This document shows, in pieces, positions 33,726-46,732 of a stretch of 64,000 bases of DNA. The stretch spans positions 186,001 through 250,000 of the forward strand of contig JAIVFI010000042.1 in assembly GCA_025558095.1 (NCBI GenBank), written 5' to 3'. The position numbers and the translations under genes are program-made. The stretch is from Hyaloraphidium curvatum SAG 235-1. Lineage: Eukaryota; Fungi; Monoblepharomycota. Position 1 is the first letter of the stretch, and the number at the start of each line of letters is the position of its first letter. Below the pieces are notes generated by a model. That model saw only the letters and a program-made list of their open reading frames with translations. It was not told where the DNA came from and did not search any database.

Positions 33726-35955
33726 CTACAAGCGAGAGTTCGCCGTCGCCGCGCTCGTGCCCAGCTTCTTCGGCGCGACGAAGCCGCGCTCCTTGGCGAT
33801 GTCGCGCAGCTTGGTCTTCTGGACTTTCTGGCCGTTAGTACCGACGGTCATCGGCCAATCGCTGACGAAATGGATCTTAGCGGGGACCTGTGACCTCGTC
33901 AGCGTGCGAGATCCGCGAAAAGTGATGAAGCGCCCGACGTCACCTTGTACGACGCCAGGTTATCCCTGCACCGCTTGAGCAGATCGTTCTCCAGCGCCTC
34001 CCTCTCGGCTTCCGGCAACTTGTCGCCGTCGGTATCCTTGAGCGACACGAACCCGATCGGCACGTCGCCGAGGCCTTCGACCTGCACGCCGACAACCTGG
34101 GCGATGTGCACACGGGGGTGCAGCAGGAGCTCCTTCTCGATGTCCTCGGGGTTCGTGAGCTGTCGGTACGAGTTAGTTTGCCGACGGAGCGACCGTGTCA
34201 GGCGACCCACGTAGCCGCGAACGCGAAGCGTGTCACCGAGTCGCCCAAGGAACACAAAGCTGCGGTTGTCCGTCGTCCCTGGAGGGTGGAAAGCTTGCCC
34301 CAAGTCGCCCGTCTTGTACCAGGACTTGCCCGTCTTGTCAGTGGCAAAGGCCTTGTTGGTCGCCGCCTCGTTGTTGAGGCTAAACAGGTGTCAGTCAACC
34401 ATCGTCCAGTTTCCTTGTGTAACGCGACTCACTAGCACTGGATTATGCCGACGTAATGGAACTGCAGCTCGCCAGGCTCGCCGTCCTTGACCTCCTCGTT
34501 CGTGTCGATGTCGGCGACCCGGACCTCCATGATCCGCGGGTCCGGGCTGATGAGCGTGCCACCGTTCTTCATGCGGACGTCCTGCGGGTGCCGCGGTGTC
34601 CATGCCCCGATGCCGCCCATCACCTCGCTCGATCCGTAGCAGTTCATGCCGACGACACGGCCGCCGAACTTGGAGTCCAGCTTGCGGGTGACGGTTTCGG
34701 CCAGAGCAGCGAAGCTGGAGCCATTTGCGTGAGCTAAAAGACCCCAGCAGGTACAGAATGAACTCACTTGGGGTAGAGCGCGTGCCGCCAGCGCGGGAAG
34801 GAGAACTTTACGGGGCGCTCAACGCCGTCGGCACCCCTGACGTTTGCTGTTGTGCCGACGGCCTCAATCAGACCGTCGATGATAATGTCCGGCGCTGCAA
34901 TGTGGGTCACGCCCCTGGAAGGCGTGAAGGAATGAGATAGGCGACGAGAGGTCGGGCCAGGAGCCGGGACGAACCATCCCTCGGCAAACGCGTTGGTAGA
35001 CTCCGGCGTGTAAAACCTCTGGACCACAGCAGTGCACCCGGGCCCAAGAATCGGCCCGAGAATGATGTTGTATCCAAACGTACCACAGCAGGGGCTGCGA
35101 TTGGGCAGGTCGGGGAGGTGACGAGGGACAACTCGGGTTCACCCACATTGTGCACAGCATCGTATCCTGCTCCAATACCCTCATCCTCCTGGACGCCGGA
35201 TCCGCAGACACGGTCGACGGCCGCGAGGGAGCCTTCATCTCAATCACGGCGGCAATCAGCACCAAGTGAACCACGAGTCCGAGCTGGTCGTGGGTGGCGA
35301 GCTTCGGGAACCTGGGGACGAGATGCGCAAAGCTAATCGTCAGTTTCTGCCATGAACCGTAATCAGATAGCAATCCCCACCCGGTAGTGCCGGATGTGGT
35401 GTAGGAAATGGCCAAGTCCTCGGGGCGGCCGGTTGCGGGCGCGTCGGCCTCAGGGAAAGCGTCGAGACTCGCCACTTCGATGACCCCCGAGATCGTGGAC
35501 GGCCTGCCCTTGAGGTTGACGATCTTCATCCGCGGCTCGGCGCGGCTCTCCTCCGCCATTCCAACGTAGTCGGTATCGATGAAACCACCTTGTGTGACGA
35601 CCACAACCGGGAGCGCGGTGCGGAAAAAGTGGCGCATCTCCTCGGTGCGGAAGCGCGTGTTGAGCGCGATGGTGTTGGCTCCGATGCGCGTCAGGCCGAC
35701 GTGGAGGGCGACGAACTCGGCGCAGTTGGGCAGCCAGAGGACGACGTTGTCGCCGCGGCGCACACCGAGGCCATGGAGGAAGTTGGCGGCGCGCCGGGAG
35801 AGCGTGCCGAGCTCCGCAAAGGAGAGGACGCGGTTGTCCTCGGCATCGACGTAGGCGATCGCGTCCGGCTGCCTCCGCACGACGGCATCGAGGCGCTCGT
35901 AGATCGTCCGTTCCGGAAGCACGGACGACACGTCGATGTCGCGGGGAGTGGCCAT
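33726..35955 (-). CDS. AMP-binding acyl-CoA synthetase/ligase with PTS1 (..SRL*), multi-exon
   Basis: LGVRRGD, YTTSGTTG|FPK, YGSSE, KTGDLG, GRLGDTLRVRG, LASYK|VP; last exon ends ANSRL*. Confidence 0.88.
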
Positions 35956-36155
35956 TTCGAAAAGCTCGCTCCCCAAATGTGCCCTTGGCACCAGCGGTGC
36001 TTGCGAGAGAGTTTCGTCGAGCACCCTGAGTGCTCGCGGCCGTGCCTCGGTGTGACGACGGTCAAGGCAGCTAGAGAGCGAGCCGGCGCGGGAGACAAAC
36101 ACAGCGTCTGGCTTGTGTACTCCAAGCTTCTGTGCCTTTCTCCGCGCCCTGGACG

Positions 36156-37236
36156 ATGTCATTCATGTCATCGCGCGGCACGGACAGCACGGACGCCGCG
36201 ATTCACTATGCCGGAACGCACGCCCGGGATCCTGCCGTCCGCGCCCTGCTGGAATCCATCGGCGATCCGAAGGCTCTCTCCGCCTGGGCTCCCCCAATCG
36301 ACTGGCGGCGATTCAAGGGCATCATGCCGCTGCTGATGAAGTTGGTCGCTTACGGTGTCGACACGGACGAGAATCTCGCGCTGCTCTTCGGTCCGCACGC
36401 CGGGGCAATGAGGCGGTCCCTGGCGGAAGCGAGGATGTACGCCGGCGCGATGCCCGGTTCGCCGGCACACGCCGTGAGGTCATCGTACGCGATGCAGACT
36501 CAGAAAGAGCTCGCGGCGTCCTTCCAGCGGTGCAATGTTTGCGGCAAGTCCGAGGAGGACGACCTGGTCACTCTGTTGAGGTGCAGCGCGTGCAAGAGGG
36601 CACGCTACTGCTCGCCCGAATGCCAAAGACGCGGCTGGATGGCTCACAAACCGGAGTGTCTGGCTGCGCGCAAGCTAGAGGTGCCGATCGAGGTCAAGGA
36701 GGCGGCAGACGCGGCTTTGGACGCGGAGTTCGAAGAAAGCAGGATGGAGCACGAACAGTCCATGAAGGAGACCATTGCCAAGGAAATGGCGAGCTTTGTT
36801 TCGGGGTCTACGTCACACGACTCGGATGGCAAGCGGCGCACGCGAGATCTGCCGTGGTGCGGGGAAGAGATCCTGGAGGACGCGGCGAAGCAGCTGGGGC
36901 TCGAAACGGAGCGGTGCAACTTTATCGTGGCGCCTCCGGGTGTGAAGCCTCCGAATGGAGCAGCGGTTCGGCGTGCCATTTCGTTCCGCGGGAAGAGCAA
37001 GAGCATGATCGTGTGCTACACTCGCCTGTTTACTGAGCAAGAGCATGATCGTGTGCTACACTCGCCTGTTTACTGGGCGCGGTGAAGGAAACCATAACGG
37101 CACGGCGATCGACGGCGTGTTTACTCGCGAGGGACCAGAAGATCTGTTTGAGGGGCCGCCGTTCGTTTTGGTGAACGCTGGATCGCCTTTCAGACTGGAC
37201 GCATTTCAGCGCCACCTAGAGGGAATTGTGAACTGA
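36156..37236 (+). pseudogene. MYND zinc-finger protein frameshifted by a 40-bp tandem duplication
   Basis: CNVC...CSACKRARYCSPECQRRGWMAHKPEC; collapsing the repeat at 36995-37074 restores a continuous frame to the stop at 37236. Confidence 0.7.
36995..37074 (+). repeat. Perfect 2 x 40-bp tandem duplication
   Basis: gagcaagagcatgatcgtgtgctacactcgcctgtttact repeated twice. Confidence 0.97.
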
Positions 37237-37290
37237 GAAAAGAGATGGATATACGATTGCATTCAATGAGGCTTCTTGTCCGCGATCCAG

Positions 37291-38206
37291 CTACATTTTG
37301 TGCCGGGATGCCCCGGGCTGCGGCCCAACCGGCAGCGATGCGCTCCAGCCTCCATCCACTGACACAGCCTGTCCCGTCACGTACGAGCTCGCGTCAGTGG
37401 CGAGGAAAAGTACCGCTTGGGCGATCTCCGCGGGCAGACCGAACCGGCTCAAGGCGTTCAGCGTGGCCACGCCGGGGAGTTCCCCACGCCTGGCGGCGGC
37501 GGCGAACGCGGTGGCGTTGAGCGAGGTCCGGATGACGCCGGGGTTCACTGCGTTGACTGGAAGAAGAAACGGGTCAGGGAGGCCAGGATCCAGTCAGGCG
37601 GCTCTCACTCCGGATGCCGGACCTGCCCAACGGCCATGCAAGCGACTTCACAAGATTGATGACGCCAGCCTTGGCCGCACCGTAGGCCGGTGCCGAGCCC
37701 TTGTACCCCAAGCTTCCCAATCCCGCCACGGACGCCGTCATGATCAAGCTCCCGCCCGGCTCTGGCTTGTCCTTGCCCGTCACGCGCATCGCCGCCGCAC
37801 CGTGCTTTGCCGCCAGCACTCCCGACAGCAAATTCACCCTCAACGTTCTCATAAAGTCCTCTGGTGTCACTTGTTCCAGCAGGTATTCCTCCGAGGCGAC
37901 GCCCGCGTTGGCGTGGAAGACATCGAGCCGCCCGTGTTCGGCGACGGCGCGTTCGCACAGGGCCTTCACATCGGCCTCGCTTGCCGCGTCCATCAGCACC
38001 GTCTCGACGCGCGTGCCTGCGAACCGTTTGGTTTCGGCGACCAGGGAGGAGAAGCCGTCCGGAGAGCGGAGGTCCGCCGCGTAGACGACTGACGCGCCAG
38101 CCGAGCAGAAGGCCAGGACCACCGCGCGGCCGATGCCTTCCATAGAACCGGCGCCGGTCACGATGCAGACGCGCGACGCGAGCGGCTGGGCGCCGATTGA
38201 TGCCAT
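37291..38206 (-). CDS. Short-chain dehydrogenase/reductase (classical SDR), spliced
   Basis: VTGAGSMEGIG, GRLDVFHANAG, TAS, YGAAK, NPGVIRT, SSYVTGQAVSVDGG; ends HKM*. Confidence 0.92.
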
Positions 38207-38453
38207 TGTGGAGGAATCGCAAAGGTGGACGAACGTGGGAGACAAATTCAAGTCCTTGTACGTACTCCCCCATGTCGGTCCCGTTTCACGCTCCATGGAC
38301 GATCCGACGGAGGGAGGAACGGACAGTTAAATGCTTGCTCGCGACGGCTCGCGAACGCCTCCGTATTTCTAACCCCGTTGATGACATTGAACAAGAAACT
38401 CTCCACAGGGACTTCCAACGAAACCAAATCAGCCTAGCCAGGCAACGAAGTCG

Positions 38454-39096
38454 CTAGCAATCCCAGCCCTCTCCCAGCTCCCGCACAGCAACACTGCAGG
38501 TTTGCACAATCAGTCTCGCGCCTCCAGAATTCAAGTGCATCGAGGAACCCACTGGCAACCGCCGCACATGACGAAACCCCGCACGCTGACCCAACGGTCG
38601 CTCCTGACGGGAGTCTTGGCCGCTCCACGCCTCCGCCCTTCGTCGAAGCCGCCGGCGCAGGCTCCGCCTTCAACTTCGATCCAAATGTCCGGCGATACGA
38701 CGATGGAGACCCCGCCGCACATGGCTGCGATGACGGGAAATTGGGGCGTCAATCGATGTGTACTCAAGCCATAGGTCGGTGGAACGAACCAAAGACGTCG
38801 ATAACAGTCTCCCCGAGCTGCAGCTCCGCGCCGCGCAAGTCGAGCATTACGCCGCCGAAGAGCGCGGTCGCGGCGAGCTTCTTGGGCACGGTGCGTCCCA
38901 CCCAGCGGCCCTGGGACCCGCTGAAGCACGCCAGGTACGATTTGGACTCGCGGGGAGGCGCGTCCAGGGGATGTACCGGGGCGGAGGTCGCCTCGGTCTC
39001 CGGAGCCGGAGGTGCGGAAGGCCCGCCGGCATCGCTCTCGTACGGGGGAGGAACGTCGGCGAGGAGTCCAACTTCGTCGGGGAGTTTGGGCTGCAT
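38454..39096 (-). CDS. LiaF/DUF2154-like beta-rich protein (bacterial-type), spliced
   Basis: ATALFGGVMLDLRGAEL, AMCGGVSIVV, EVEGGACAGGF, VRGFVMCGG: the repeated (F/C)GG pattern of DUF1707/DUF2154 proteins. Two short introns inferred. Confidence 0.65.
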
Positions 39097-39428
39097 TGTA
39101 GATTCGATAGAGTGGTGCTAATGCTTCGAGATTCGAGCTTTTGGGTCGATCAGGCGTTGCGTCGCCCGGGTCAGTGTGGTTTTCCCCGCCCTCAGCAATT
39201 GTGCCGAAGGCTGTGTAACCGTCTCCCTCGAATCTCCTGTGGAAGAATTTTGCGAAAACTCAGTTCGTCCAACAGCCGGACCGTCCAGACAGCGAATGCA
39301 TCCGTCCTTCCGCCTCAATTCCGATTCCCAAAGGCACCCTACAGATATGGCAACCCCGACTCCCAGCTCTACCAACCTTGTTATCTCCTCCTCCCAAAAC
39401 CAAAAAAGAAGAAAGCACCAGTGGTACT

Positions 39429-42400
39429 CTAAATGCCCTGCGAGCTCCCATGGCTCGGCATCCGGGACGAGAGCGAAGACCGGAGCATGAAGAAGCTCCG
39501 CGACTCGTCGGCCTCGTCGCCTTCGCTGCCGACGATGGCGCTCTGTCCCGCTGCAACGTTCTCGAAGCTGTCTGCGAGGTCCGACTCCAGGTCCGTGAAT
39601 GAGTCCCCGCTGATCGACTTGGGAGACCCGGGGCGCGAAGCCGCGGCGTTCTCGATCTCGTCCAGGTACCCGCGCAGCACGCGCGCGCGCGCTTCGTTGG
39701 CCGCGACTGCGTTGGAGAGCTCGAGGCGCCGGGGAAGGTGGTCGACTTCCGGGATCATGATCCGCATCGTCTCAGACGACTGGTTGAGGCGTGCGAGCTC
39801 GGTCCGCACGGCCGCGCCGAGGGTCACGGTCTCGCGAGCGAGGGCGGCGTCGGCGTCCGTCTGGAACGAGGTCCAATCAACGAGCTCCTCCTCGACAGCA
39901 CGGAGCACGCGGTGGGCGACCGCCCTGAGCGACGCGGCCTGCTTCTCGATGTCGTCGAGCTCGGCCAGCCGCCGCTCCCTGTCAGCGTTGGAGCCGACCG
40001 ACGAGGCCACGCTCGAGACCGAGGACGTGCCCGAGCCGAACTGCAGCATCTGGCTTTCGACCATCTCGAGCGTACTGTTGGCGATGTCGTTGCGGATCTG
40101 CCTGCGCTCGGCTTCGACGTCGTCCCAGATCTTGGTGTAGCTGCGCACGACCTCGGAGAGCTGGGCCGCGTCGCGCCGCCTGCGGGCAATGAACCTGGCG
40201 GCATCGGTCACGCGCGAGCGCGCGGCCTCCATCCTGTCCCTGAGCAGCTCGATGTTCTCCGACGCCGCAAGATCCTCGGATGCTTGCACGTGCGACGGGG
40301 GCGGCGATCCGGCGATCTGACGCAGGATGGGCACGAGCGCCGCGCCCATGGTCGAGTCGGCGGCGATCCCATCGGATTGCAAGAGCTGGTTCGCGAGGTC
40401 GCTTGCCCGCACGGAAGACCGCGACATGGATGACCTGCGGGAGGTGCAGCGCGAGCTGGACGCCGAAGCTCGGGACGAGGCGCTGGCCGACATCTTGTCC
40501 TGGTGTCCCACGGGCTGGTTGGCAGCAGAGGCCGCCTCGGAGGCGGGCGAACGGAGCTCGCGGCTGAGCGCGGGCGCGAGCGGAGATGCTCCGGCCGCTC
40601 CGAACGGCTTGTAGATCATGGGAATCCGGATGCGACGCCCTGTCCTCGTGGTCGGCTGTGCGGGCTCCCGCTTCTCGGTCTCGGCGATCCGAATGGGCTC
40701 GTCCTTGGCCGCCGCCGTGGGAAGGAGGGCCTCGAAAGCGTGGTCGTTGAGCAGGACGTCGTTGGAGGCGTCCACCTTCTTCTCCCCGCCCTTGCCCCGG
40801 CGAGTGGCCGCCTCGGCCCGGATCTCGGTGTCGAGCATCCTGTCCATGGCCGTCTCGATGGTCCCCGTGACTTCGGCGTCCGTGCGCGGCTCCGCGGCAG
40901 TGGTCTCCTCCCGCGAGCGGAGGTCGATGCGGTGCTTGACGAAGTCGAACTTGCGGTCCTCGGAGAGCTTGGCTGGCACCGTGCGGGTGACGGCGGCCAC
41001 CTTGTGCTTGACGAAGTCGAGCTGGAGCGTCTTCTTCGGCGCCACGGGTTCTGCCGAAACGACCTGCCCGACGCCGTTCCTGAGCTCGATGGATTCGACA
41101 CTGAGCGGGGAAAGGAAGGATGAGACAAGGATCCGATGGGCGGCAGACGGCCGAGCAACCCACGCTTCGCGCAGCCACTTGTTGTCAGCCTCCACCTTGG
41201 CGAGCTCCTCTGCGGCCGTCATTTTGTACGGTACCTCGGCCCGCAGCGCGGCGGCAGCCGAGACGATCGGCGCCATCCCAGGGGGCACGCGCGGCTCCAC
41301 GTGCAGCTTCCAGAACCTGCTGTGCCTGCCGATCACCGCGGCAGCCGTGAGCGTCTTCCACAGCCTTCGGTTCTCGTCCGCGACGGCGTTGATCCTGGGC
41401 CGCAGCTTGGCCTCGGACTTGGCCTCGATGACCTGCCTCCGCCTGCCGAAGTCGACGGCTTCCTCCCTGAGCCGCATCTCCTCCATGGCCAGCGTCGCCG
41501 CGATGGCCTCCCGCGCGACCTGCGGGGTCGTCGCGGTCTGCTCGGCGGAAATGTCGGCCGAAAGGTCTTGAGCGGGACCGAACATGCGCGCCAGGCGCGT
41601 GAAGAAGCCCGGCTGCGGCTCGTCCTGCTCCGCAGCGGCGTCCGCGACCGTCGTTGCTTCAACCTCGGGAGCCTGGGCAACGTTGACGGCCTCGGGTGCC
41701 TTGATGGGCTCCGCAGCAGCGGCCTCGAGGGCAGGCGCAGCAGTTTCGACGGTCGCAGGAGGTTGCTCGACGGCAGCCTCGGCCGCAACGGCCTCAGCGG
41801 CAACAGCCTCGACAGCCTGCTCGCCGCTAGCCTCCGCCTTGGCCTCGGTCTGCGGCAGGATCGAGTTGACGAAGCCGCTCCAGCGGGCCTGCAGCCCCGC
41901 GACGACCTGGTCGTACACCTCCGAACCGCGGAACATGGATTCCCTGGTCCCCACGTCGCGCTCGGCGGTCAGCAGCTGCTCAAAGAGCGAGTCCTGCTTC
42001 GAACGGCGGCCGGCGTAGAGGTGGTTGTCCTCGGGCGAGAGCGGCTTGGTTTCGGCGGTTTCTTGCTCGGGCGCAGCACGCCGGACTTGCACGACGGGGA
42101 CATCTTCCACTGCCTCGGCCGCTTGCCGGGGCTGCACCTCGATCGACGGCTCTGCTGCGGGCTTGACGGTCTGCTCGGCGGGCTGGGCTGCCACTTCCGG
42201 TGCGGGCGAGTTTGCAAGCTGCTCCTCGTGCTCCACGCGCCTGACGGTCGGCTCCACGGGGCGAGCCAGCTCGGGCAGCGGCGCCGAGACGGGGCCGGAC
42301 TGCATAACGAGCACGTCAGCCATCGATCAAAAAGCGCATGAGGCACCCAATCACCTTTGCCACCAGCTCGTCCCTTTCCGCGCGCAGCCTGAACGTCGTC

Positions 42401-44845
42401 TTCTGCAGCTGCCTCGCCACCATCTCCGACCTCCGCCTCGCCCTCTCCGACTCGTCCAGCCTCGCATCGAGCTCGACGACGCGCCGCATGAGCACCTCCT
42501 GCTCCACGCGCTGCCCGTCGCGGAGGTGCAGCCTCCCTTCGAGCTTCCTGATCTCGGCGCGCAAGACACCGGTGTGGCCCTCCTGGTCCTGCGCAATGTC
42601 CATCCACAGCTTGCGCTCCTGCTCGGACTTGTCCTTCTGCTCCCGCAGCGCGCCCGCCTCCTCCTCGGCGTGTGCACGGGCCTGGACGGCCTCGGCAGCC
42701 GCAGCCTCGGCGACCTGTGCGCGCCCGCGCATCTCCACCGCCTGCGTCCTCGCGGCCTCGAGCTCCACGTTGCGTCTCCTCAGCGTGTCCGCCAGCGCCG
42801 CGATCGCCCCCCTCGCCTCCCCGATCCGCCCCCTGGCCTCCTCCACCTTGCCGCGGAGCTCCTCGTTCTCGGCCCTCAACGCCCTGACCCGTCCCTCCAT
42901 CTCCCCCTCCCTCTCCGCCGCCCTGCTCGCCTCCCCCTCCCCCGCCTCGGCACGCGCACGCGCCTCGTCCCTTTCCGCGCGCACGGTCGCCAGCTCCTCC
43001 TCGAGCTGCCCCGCCCTCGCCGCCGCCCTCTCGCGGAGCGAATGCAGCGCCCAGTTGGCCCGCGCGAGCTCCCTTTTCAGCGCCTCCTCCGTCCTGCTGG
43101 GCGCCTCCTCCCGCGCGTTGACTGCCGGTTCCCTCGCGACCGCAGAGGGGCGGGGCATCGCCACCCCCGCCTCCGCAGCCCTGCTCCCGAGCCTGGAGTT
43201 ACCGAGCCGCTCGATCCACGCCTTGCCGCTCGCCACCTCGGCCCTCGCCCTGTCGAGGATCGCGCCCGCCAGCGCCTCCCTGCTCGGCACCAGCGCCCCC
43301 GGTGCCGGGTGCGCCAGGGCGAATAGCACGGCGAGCTGCGGGTCCTCTTCCTCCTCGGCGCGAAGGGCGCCGCGGACGGAGCGGGAGGGCTTGGCGGCGG
43401 GGGGTTCGGCGGGGATGCCGCCGAGGGAGAGGGCCGAGAGCCAGTCGGTGGGGTCGAACTCGGCGGGTTCGTGGGCGGGGGCGGGGGTGGGGGGGAGCCG
43501 GCGCAGGGCGGCGGCGGCCTCGGCGAGCTTCTGCCGATCCCGATCGGGTGAGCAGACGTGCGTCGGGCATGCGACGGGGTTGCGTACCTCGGCCTGGGCG
43601 CGGGCTTCCTTCTCCGCCTGCAACCCGGCGGCCTCCCACCTGGCCTTCCACTCGGCCGCCGCCTTCCTCGCCTCCGCGAGCTCCCTCTCCGCCGCCTCCC
43701 TCCTCCCCCTCTCCCTCCCCGCCTCTTCTTCCCGCACCCTGGCCCGCCCCTCCAGCTCCGATACGAGCTCCCGCGCCTCGGCGGCCGACTCGAGCGCCTC
43801 GCGCCAGTTGTCGGGGAGCCCCTTCGCCAGATCCCTCGCGGCCCTCAGCCGGTCGAACAGCCCCGCGACCATGCGGGCGTCCGTCGCCGCGCGCTCCCGC
43901 AGGCGGGCGAGCTCCTCCCCGAGCTTCGTCGCGACCTCCCTCGCCTGGTCGGCTTCGGAACGAAGCCTGGCCTGTTCCGCGCCGTGGGCTTCCCGCGCGC
44001 TGGCGAGCGACCGCTCGGCGGTGGCGAGCCAGGCGTGCCGGTCGCGCAGCTCGAGGTCGCGCTGGGAGAGGAGCGTGCGGAGGCGCGAGACCTCGGAGGG
44101 CTGCTTCGGAACGGGGGGTGTGAATCGCGTGATCGGAGGGTGATCGCGGGGCCGTAGGTACCTGCGGAGCGGGCTTGGGTTCCTGCGGTTCGGCGGCGTG
44201 ATCGGGCTTCTTGGGGTCGGCGGACTGCCTGTCCGCCTGCTTGCTTGACGGGGAATCGCGCCTGGGGGCCGCGCGATCAAACGCCGCCGCGACATCGCCG
44301 CCCTTGTCCATCGCCAGCTGCCTGGGGGTCTTTCCCGCGTCGTCGGCGGCGTCGGGATCGGCCCCGCGCTCGAGCAGGAACGCGACCACGCCGGGGGAGG
44401 GACGCGGCGCGTCGAGCGCGTGGTGCAGCGGCGTGCGGCCCAAGAGATCGCGGGCGCGGAGGGAGGCGCCGCCCTCGAGGAGCACCCTGACGGCGCCGCC
44501 GTTGCCCCGCAGGCATGCGACCATCAGGGGGGTTGCGTCGGCGTCGACTGCGGCGCGCACGTCGACGCCAGCGGGCGGGTGGTGCGGGAGGTGCGCGAGC
44601 GTCTGGAGCAGCCATGCGGCGCCGCCCAGCCGCTGGTCGGGGTGCAGCCCCTCACGCAGGAGACGCTGCACGAATCTTGGATCCTTGTCGAGCATCAGCA
44701 GCGCGAGCAGGACGGCGGGCCGCGAGCGGTGGTTGCCGGGGTTGATGCCGCCCATGCCCGCCGGCCCGGATCCCGGTGCCCACGGGCCGTTGGCCGCGCC
44801 CGACGCCCGCCGCAGCGACTCGAGCATGCGCCGCGCCGCCCACAT
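39429..44845 (-). CDS. Large ankyrin-repeat + coiled-coil protein (three ORFs joined by splicing; start may be further upstream)
   Basis: Ankyrins ATPLMVACLRG and GRTPLHHA..GADPD. A phase-0 intron from 44161 (GTACC..AAG) joins PAPQ to QPSEV; a phase-0 intron near 42356-42300 (GTGATT..GCAG) joins LVAK to SGPV. Confidence 0.65.
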
Positions 44846-45628
44846 TGTGCCGGGGCCGATCTAAGGTTGCCTGGGGTGTGTGCCGGGGCCGCCTGGGAGA
44901 AGGGCGGATCAGCCGCTGATACGCTTCCCGCCGCGCCGCGCGCCCGCCGCCGCCGCTGCGCCGCCGCCGCCGGCGTCCCGGCCATTTTCGCGCGGCGATA
45001 CGGGCGGCGGCGGCGGCGGCGCGCGCGCATTCGCCCCGCGGCGCAGGGGGGGACACACACCGCTCGCCGCCGTGTCCTCCGCCCGCGCTCGGCTGGCCGG
45101 ACCGAAAATCAGACCCCCGCGTCCGCCCTTTTAAGGCACCCGGAGCCGCGCGGCGCCGGTGGCAACGCGCTCCGGAGGGGGAATGCTCGCGGATCCGGGG
45201 GTCACGAGACAGTCGACGGTCCACGGAGGATCGTCGCTGCACAGCCACCTTGGGGCCGATCTCGAGATCGCGGGACAGCCGCTGGGGGTCCGAGGATGGC
45301 CGAGACAACGGTGCTCGATGGCTCGTGTATGTGCCTGGATGCTGCCTGGGTGAATATGCGGGGGGCAGGCGGGCGCCTGGCGAGGGACGCGGTGTCCCGG
45401 CCCGGCCGCGCAAGACGGAATGACGCGATCGCAACCGCGACCTGCGCGGTCTGAACAGCCGCGGATGCCTTTTCCACGATGCTGGTGAAGCATGAAGAAT
45501 CCAGTGGAGCGAAAGGTGGAACTGGACGGCATCGAGTGACGCGGGATGATCGCGAGATCGGGAATGTCTCGAGAATGCAACGGAGGCCCACTCCGCGAGC
45601 GCTGTCTCGGCTCGCAGCTTCCCAGAAG

Positions 45629-46511
45629 TCAAATTTTGGCCGCCTTCTTCGTCGCCTCGAGCAATGCCGCCGTCTTGTTGTACAGGGCCAATGCCTGCGA
45701 GTGCGCGGCGTTCAGCACCGCCGGCCACAGTAGAGGGCCCAGTCCGGGAGACCGGAGGACCAACCTGACCCTTCTTCATCGACACGATGTACGCCGGCCC
45801 CGCCCTCGCTTTCGGCGCCGTCCGCTCCGCCAGCCTCACCGCCGCCCCCACCACGTCCTCGTCGAGTTCGTCCGCGAACCCGCAGCGGGCCAGCTCCTCC
45901 CCTTTGAACTTCAGGCCGTACATGAAATCCCGCACGGCGGCGGGCCCCATCCTCCGCGCGAGCATCTCCGCGACGTTGGCCTGCATGCCCGCCGGGTCGT
46001 CCGAGGCTTCGAACAGCTTCCACGCGGGGGGCAGGTCGATCTCGTTCATGCAGGCCGTACTGCGGGACGGGTGGGCGACGCGGTAGTCGAAGGCCAGGGC
46101 GAGGCCGACGGCGCCTGCGTAGCAGTGGCCGTTCACGGCGGCGACGGTCGGCATGCGGAAGGCGAGGATGCGGAGGGCGAGCTCCGTGAAGGGGGCCAGG
46201 TAGGCCGGGCCCATCCTCGCGAGCGAAGGCAGATCTGCTCCGTTGCTCGAGATCTTGTTCCGCGCGAATCCCTGGTCTGGCGATCCTGCGACGACGCCGG
46301 CGTCGGCGGCCGCGACCACCAGCGCCGCCGGCGGCCTGCCCTCCCGGTCGTGCACGTCTTCGACGGCGTCCAGCGCGGAGAGCATCGCGCGCATCAGGTT
46401 CGGTGTGAGCGCGCGGGAGGGGGTGGGATCGTGCATCGCGACGAGGAACAGGGGGCCGAGGCGGGAGAGGGTCACGACAGGGGGGGTGCCGAAGAGCTGC
46501 GGGCGGGGCAT
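45629..46511 (-). CDS. Enoyl-CoA delta-isomerase-like crotonase with PTS1-like AKI*
   Basis: SSNGADL, FRMPTVAAVNGHCYAGAVGLALAFDYR, CMNEIDL; an inferred last intron gives ...KKAAKI*. Confidence 0.82.
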
Positions 46512-46732
46512 TGCTGGCGAACTTGCCGAGGAACCGAGCGAGCTGACGGAGCGGGCACGAAGGGGTCCGCCGCGAGGAATGCGTGGCCGTTCGTGGCGGT
46601 GGAACGTGTTTGGCCAGCGACGTCCGCCGCCGAAGCGCGGAACATTCCTCGCGGTCACCGCGGGCGGGATCGAGGGGGACACCCGCGCTCGACCTCCGAC
46701 GGAGGCCGCCGCGAAGAGCACTTCGCTGCACG

